Below are positions 9,170-14,049 of a DNA stretch of 14,049 bases, one piece after another. Position numbers and translations under genes: made by a program. Each line of letters starts with the position of its first letter. Within the stretch, counting starts at the first letter, position 1. The stretch comes from a bacterium (GTDB taxonomy: Bacteria > SAR324 > NAC60-12): positions 1 to 14,049 of the forward strand of contig CBDDTI010000446.1 in assembly GCA_965233585.1 (NCBI GenBank), given 5' to 3'. The notes beneath the pieces are model-generated. The model was not told the DNA's origin, made no database searches, and was given only the letters and a program-made list of their open reading frames with translations.

Positions 9170-9178
9170 GTCTCTTAA

Positions 9179-10266
9179 GGAGGCTCAAAACAGTAATATT
9201 TCCGTAAGAAGCCTGGGCTCTAACGGACCCTTTAGCGCGGGCAATCACGCAATCACTCGAGGGTTCGTGAGATAGCGCGCGAGACTTAAGTTTGCAAACC
9301 TCACAACAAACATGGCGGCGCGAGGCTTTATTCGTAAAACTATGTTTCTGCCAAATTTAGTGAGCCGTTTACAATATCGCTTGTTTTTACCTTCGAAAAT
9401 ATCCACCCTCTGGCAATTTCAAATGGAAAATCATTCTTTTAAACCGCTGAGCTAGAACGTGAACGAAAATTGTGATGTTGATGTTGCGATCGATCGTGCC
9501 GGCTATCAATCTTGAAAACGGCAGCAAACAACTACTCTTCAAGTTTTTTTCGTTCTTTTTACTAGGCCATCTTCACCTTCGGATATTTATGGCAGTCTTC
9601 CTCTGCCGCTTGCGCTGCTAACAACAACAGCGAAAAAGAAAACACTATTCGCGGGTCATTCGCGGGTATTCACGTTTCTTTGCGTGGAATTGCGGGCTTT
9701 ACTGATCAGCGGACCGCTTTCACGCGTGCGCAAAGTGTGATCTTGCAAGATTTTAATTTGCGCGTAGAACGCGCGCGAAAAATCCCTTATTCTCGAAGCT
9801 AATATCTCAAAAACGGATCCGGTGACCCTACTTTTTTAATGCAAACACTTATTCAACAGCAAGAGCGGAATGCATGTGCGAAATTAAAAGAAAAACTGCG
9901 GAGTGGAAATTTTTAAACTTGGAAATTTCTATTTTTTTTAATTTCAGCAAAATCTACTCCGCAGAATTTTTTCTCATTTTCCCTGTGTCTTCTTCGGTAT
10001 GTAATAAAAAGATTTTTAGCAAAAAAATATGGGGTCACCGGCTTAGTTTTTAAGATAGATGCAATTAGTGGTAAAAAGTGGGTCAAGTTTGTTGCTATGC
10101 AACAGGACAGTGCTACCTTAATTTATGACTTAAACGCCATGAAAGGAACAATGAAGAGTTATCTTAAAAAAATAGAACAGGCATTCAAAACAGAATACTT
10201 CCAAGCCAGAAAAATCGCGCCTAGTTCTGTAAATCTCAAGAAATCAGAAAACTGTTTTGAGCCACC
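9179..10266. mobile_element. Non-autonomous Kolobok-like DNA transposon (1088 bp) nested in the right TIR
   Basis: TTAA TSD at 9175-9178 and 10267-10270. TIR GGAGGCTCAAAACAGT / ACTGTTTTGAGCCACC (15/16). The left TIR preserves the empty site with a single TTAA at 6117-6120. Confidence 0.93.
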
Positions 10267-11019
10267 TTAAGAAAACGTGTTGTTCGAAAAATATTTATTG
10301 TCGCGTGTTGAGCACTCCGAACTTCTATTGTTGTCATTTCAATGGCAGAGCGGTCCCATGGGTTTTTCCGTTCGAGTTTGTCAGTATGCAAATCTAGGGT
10401 TGAAAGTGGAGTTCAGTGCGTGACTAACGGAGCAGAAAACTCGACCAGTACTTTAGCTAAGAATTAATTCACTCTCATCGTCAGCAAAGCTGAGAGTTCA
10501 GATAAAAACATAGTAGATTTTTCATGAACAAATTGGAGTTAAAAGGGCCCGGTTTCGAAAATCGAACAAAGTTTTCAAATTTCCTGTGAGTTCAAGTTGA
10601 ATGAAGGAATCACGCTTTCGTTAAAATTCGCGCTTTTATTTTGAATACGTAACAGATTTTTCGAATCAGGGTTTACTATTAGCGGGCAAGATCGGGCAAG
10701 CTTATTGTTTTTATTGTTTAAGAGCGTTGCTTATTAGCCTGGAGGAAGGCACTTTACCTAGACAGTTCATTAGTATGCAGGAACGCATTTCTACCTAGAC
10801 AGTTTGAATAGTAATGACTTAACTCTACCTAACTCTACCTGGCTCTACAGTAACGCGGATTAAAAACAACATAGCTAGTATACTACTCATAGTATCACAA
10901 GAATTAATGGTAATGACTTGGGAATTATAGTAGTATTTGAAAACCTTGAAGCCGTTTCCTAAACCATATGCTTCAGGACTACGTATTGCTCGCGTTGTGC
11001 TTCTCCCAAGGGGTTTCGA

Positions 11020-11106
11020 CAAATAAATCACTGATTTCCCAAATTATTCATCCATATAACAAAATTATCATAAGACCGAATAATTTGGGAATCAGTGATT
11101 TATTTG
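11020..11106. repeat. Near-perfect 29-bp inverted repeat with a 28-nt spacer
   Basis: caaataaatcactgatttcccaaattattc (11020-11049) vs gaataatttgggaatcagtgatttatttg (11078-11106); one extra T. Confidence 0.88.
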
Positions 11107-11991
11107 GTTTAAAAACCATATTTTATTGTGGTATATTTTAATGTAAATTTCGAGTAGTTCCTGCCATTTCTTAGAAGTGCTTTATTTTTGGGAGATCTAT
11201 TTAGTAGAGAATGCATTGTCTTAAACTTAATGCTGCGTAGAAATAGTGGCCAACAGAAGAATCTATACTAGAAGAAACTACCTTTCCATTTCTATGAATG
11301 CAGAGAAATATAAATTGTCGTGCTTAGTATAGTCAAGGTATAGTGTATTAACACCAAGCGAGAAAATGCTCGTTCCGCCTGTCATCAACGGGCCTCTTTG
11401 ATGGACATTCAAAACGGAGGACGTTTATTCAGTGTAAAGAAAACCAAATTTGTTAATAACGTATTCATCCTTTCAACAGATTGTAGTTGTTTGATGATCG
11501 TTTAAGACCGACAGGAAGGAGCGACACAGATCTTTTGTTATTTTTACTGTTATTTCATTGCAAGGAGGGAGAAATGACTCCCGCAAAAAAACACACATCA
11601 CTTAACACTGAGCTATGGTTATAATGATTTTGTTTAAAAGAATGAACAATTGGAGACATTTTGTTTATTTTGTTTTATTTTTTGGCTGCAGCTTTGTGAC
11701 TCTCGGAGAGACAGATTTACCGCAATGTCTATTAAATTGCCTTTTAAGTGCTCTGTCAAAGAGATTAAAATAAATTTAAGCTTAATGAAAAGATGATACG
11801 CTAGAAATTCTTATCTTTATTAACATAACATCGCAGTAAAGTAAATTAACCGGTTTGGATTTTTATTCGCGTAGACGATACAGTTGAACGTCACTCAATT
11901 GCCCAATTTGTTTCCACTGATTTATCAGAGTTGTAGAGGAGCAGTTTGCTATGTCGATCTTGCAGTCCCCAGGCGAAAAATCTTAAAATTA

Positions 11992-12335
11992 GGTCCGTAC
12001 ACATTACGACGGAGGAATTTGAAATCGTAGCTTTATTCCTACGGTTAATCTTCTGTCCACAATAACTGTCACGAAAACGGAGCTTTTCGAAAACACAAAC
12101 CAGAAAATTTGAAATCACCATGTGAAAGAAAGAAAGAAAACCTTCCGCTGAAAACGAGGCTTTTCGGAAATGATGACGTTACGAAAATCACATGACCCAG
12201 CCCGAGTTTTCCTCAAACACCAATAAAAAATGACCGGTGATTGTTGCGTCAGTTTTCAAGTCCCCCGGCGTGGTGTGGACGGAAAATATTTGATGGGTAT
12301 TCAGAGTGACACCTCTGTTTTGAAATTCTTCAAAT
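11992..12335. mobile_element. Decayed MITE-like repeat, possibly PIF/Harbinger-type
   Basis: tccgtacacattacgacggaggaatttgaaa (11994-12024) is an imperfect inverted match to tttcaagtcccccggcgtggtgtggacgga (12254-12283); recurrent gaaaacg motifs. Right end and TSD not resolved; family call is from memory of common coral repeats. Confidence 0.55.
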
Positions 12336-12517
12336 TCAGCCAAGAACTAAACCACACGACATGCTATATTTTGTTTTAGCTTCATCTACTTTTTTAATAT
12401 GCCCCGAACAGTTAAATTATTTCATCCTTAACTCTTGACATACCTTATTCGGCTTTTGTCAATTTAAATGAACTTAAAATTCAGAAGACTTAGACCACAA
12501 CTTTTTTTCCTTTCGAG

Positions 12518-12835
12518 CCCACATGCACAGGATGCTCTTCTTGCAGTAACGGTTTTAATGGACATAACGGGTTACCAGGCCGCGACGGTCGAGATGGAGC
12601 CAAAGGTGAGATGGGCATGACTGGCCCTGCTGGGTCACGTGGCGTGAAAGGGGAGAACGGCATGACAGGCCCTTCAGGACCACGTGGGGGAAAGGGAGAG
12701 AAGGGCATGACGGGAAATCCTGGACCACGTGGGGTTAAAGGGGAAATGGGACCAAATGGGACAGATGCTGACCACAGAAACTGGAAACAGTGTGCGTGGA
12801 AGAAGGATGACGGGCGTGACATTGGTCTTATTCAG
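12518..12835 (+). CDS. CTHRC1: CTHRC1-like gene exon 2 (CxxCxxC, 24 Gly-X-Y triplets, NWKQCAW)
   Basis: Open frame of 106 codons; donor CAG|gtatgc. The acceptor ttttttcctttcgag| gives phase 0 but is an uncommon GAG, so the 5' edge is less sure. Confidence 0.88.
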
Positions 12836-13211
12836 GTATGCATTAACTTGAGGAAACAAAAGTTGCTCTCAGGATAAATTTGTTTCTACCTTGACTCCAG
12901 CAGTGCTCTCCTGATGTGACAATATGTCGCGGTGAATTGTGTATCAATCTCAGGCTAATTGTGTGTTAGTCTAGTGTGAGCGTGGAACGTTTAACAAAAA
13001 AACATTAAGTGTTGAAATAGTTTAAGGTCAATCACAATATTTACATTACACCCTGTAATCCTGGTAAATAAGCTTAGAGGATAACCTCCTTCAACCTGAA
13101 TTCAAATTTCAACTATGTATTTTACTGACTCATCTCAGCTTGATACTGTATACTTTTTTGTCTGCCTCTCTGTCTGCCTGCCTGTACATAATAGGCTTAA
13201 TTATTTTTAAG

Positions 13212-13559
13212 GATTGCATTTTCACCAAGAAGAAGGACAACACCGCTCTCCGAGTTGTTTTCCAAGGTAACATTTACGTGGGAGGCTGTGGCAGCTGCTG
13301 TAAGCGATGGTTCATCACCTTTAATGGCGCTGAGTGCAGCGGTCCTCTGTCTATCGACGTGGCAATATGGATCAGAAATAAAGACGAAGATAACCATAGA
13401 CCTGGAGCAATAGAAGGCTACTGTGACAACATTCACAAGGGAAAAATCCGTGTTGGTATCAACATTGGAAACTGTGCTGGATATGGAAACTCTAATGGTA
13501 ATACAGGCTGGAATTCAGTCTCCCGATTGATCATTGAAGAAGTCCCAGGGTCCCAGTAA
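13212..13559 (+). CDS. CTHRC1: CTHRC1-like gene exon 3 (C-terminal globular domain)
   Basis: DCIFTKKKDNTALRVVFQG...CCKRWFITFNGAECSGPLSID...EGYC...TGWNSVSRLIIEEVP matches the CTHRC1 C-terminus. Acceptor tttttaag|GAT; stop TAA at 13557-13559. Confidence 0.94.
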   Translation, partial: DCIFTKKKDNTALRVVFQGNIYVGGCGSCCKRWFITFNGAECSGPLSIDVAIWIRNKDEDNHRPGAIEGYCDNIHKGKIRVGINIGNCAGYGNSNGNTGWNSVSRLIIEEVPGSQ

Positions 13560-13746
13560 TCAGTTGCTTATAAACAGCAATAACGTTGAGGGCAGCAAGG
13601 TATTAGGGACTGATTCAAGGCGCTTTATTCGGTACGGGATGCTTGGAGTAATTAATAAGTTCATTTAAGGGATAAATTGGTTGAGGGTTTGTCATATTTT
13701 GTAGTCAGTAACCACGTGCACACATTGTAAACGCTCAGTTTTCTTC

Positions 13747-13752
13747 AATAAA
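13747..13752 (+). terminator. Putative poly(A) signal of the intact CTHRC1-like gene
   Basis: AATAAA about 190 nt after the stop codon. Confidence 0.45.
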
Positions 13753-14049
13753 AACAGTCCTGAATGCATTGCAACTGATGTACCTTTGTCTGAACTGGTT
13801 TATTTCATAGGAGAAGCAACAAAGACGGTAACCGGCAAAAACAGCAAAAAATATCAAAATATTAATTGTAAGTGGAAGGCATATGCCAGACAGCGAAATG
13901 GCTTTTTGAAGATTGCAGACCTTAGAAGTGTCTTTTTACGTTTTACGACAGGCGTGAACCTATTTCACTCTAAAAGAATACTTTTACAGTTTAATAAGAA
14001 ATAACACACAAACTGCAGTGACAAACATGATAAGAAACCGCATGTTGGA

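Larger units (their letters stand above)
5504..10887. mobile_element. Reduced non-autonomous Polinton/Maverick-type element (5384 bp; 4292 bp without the nested MITE) in CTHRC1 intron 1
   Basis: 6-bp TSD CATAGT (5498-5503, 10888-10893), 5'-AGTAGT...ACTACT-3' termini, 723-bp TIRs, and a Polinton-type packaging ATPase. These are established Polinton hallmarks. Confidence 0.95.
9069..10887 (-). repeat. Right terminal inverted repeat, split into 9069-9178 and 10271-10887 by a nested MITE
   Basis: 110 + 617 = 727 bp, equal to the left TIR plus the 4-bp insertion. Confidence 0.96.

Noticed and set aside
2580..10266. piggyBac assignment for the two TTAA elements
   Set aside because: piggyBac ends are typically CC...GG; these are GG...CC, which fits Kolobok better.
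993..13436. Minus-strand ORFs 993-1280, 1286-1684, 12490-12822, 12674-12859, 13197-13436
   Set aside because: Antisense to CTHRC1 exons; collagen codons commonly leave the opposite strand open.

Overview
Eukaryotic, AT-rich genomic DNA; the gene family and repeat types suggest a cnidarian such as a stony coral (inference). The host layer is a tandem pair of CTHRC1-like genes on the + strand. The upstream copy (1030-1868) is pseudogenised. The downstream copy looks intact, with three exons (4423-4521, 12518-12835, 13212-13559; about 254 aa). Intron 1 of the intact copy holds a complete, very young but highly reduced Polinton/Maverick-type element (5504-10887) with a 6-bp TSD (CATAGT), AGTAGT...ACTACT ends and 723-bp near-identical TIRs. 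It has only three genes, diverging from a central repeat-filled promoter region: a zinc finger/A32-type packaging ATPase with a long tail, a small 'QxGGGF' protein, and an acidic protein with a Cys-rich C-terminus. It has no polymerase, integrase, capsid or protease gene. Both outer genes end inside the TIRs on the same GAA-GAC-TGA and share a 3' UTR. A TTAA-targeting Kolobok-like non-autonomous element (9179-10266) is nested in the right TIR, and a second one lies at 2580-3236. Other items are a 21-bp minisatellite, a diverged tandem duplication upstream of the intact gene, a hairpin and a decayed MITE. All calls were made by eye; no database searches were run.
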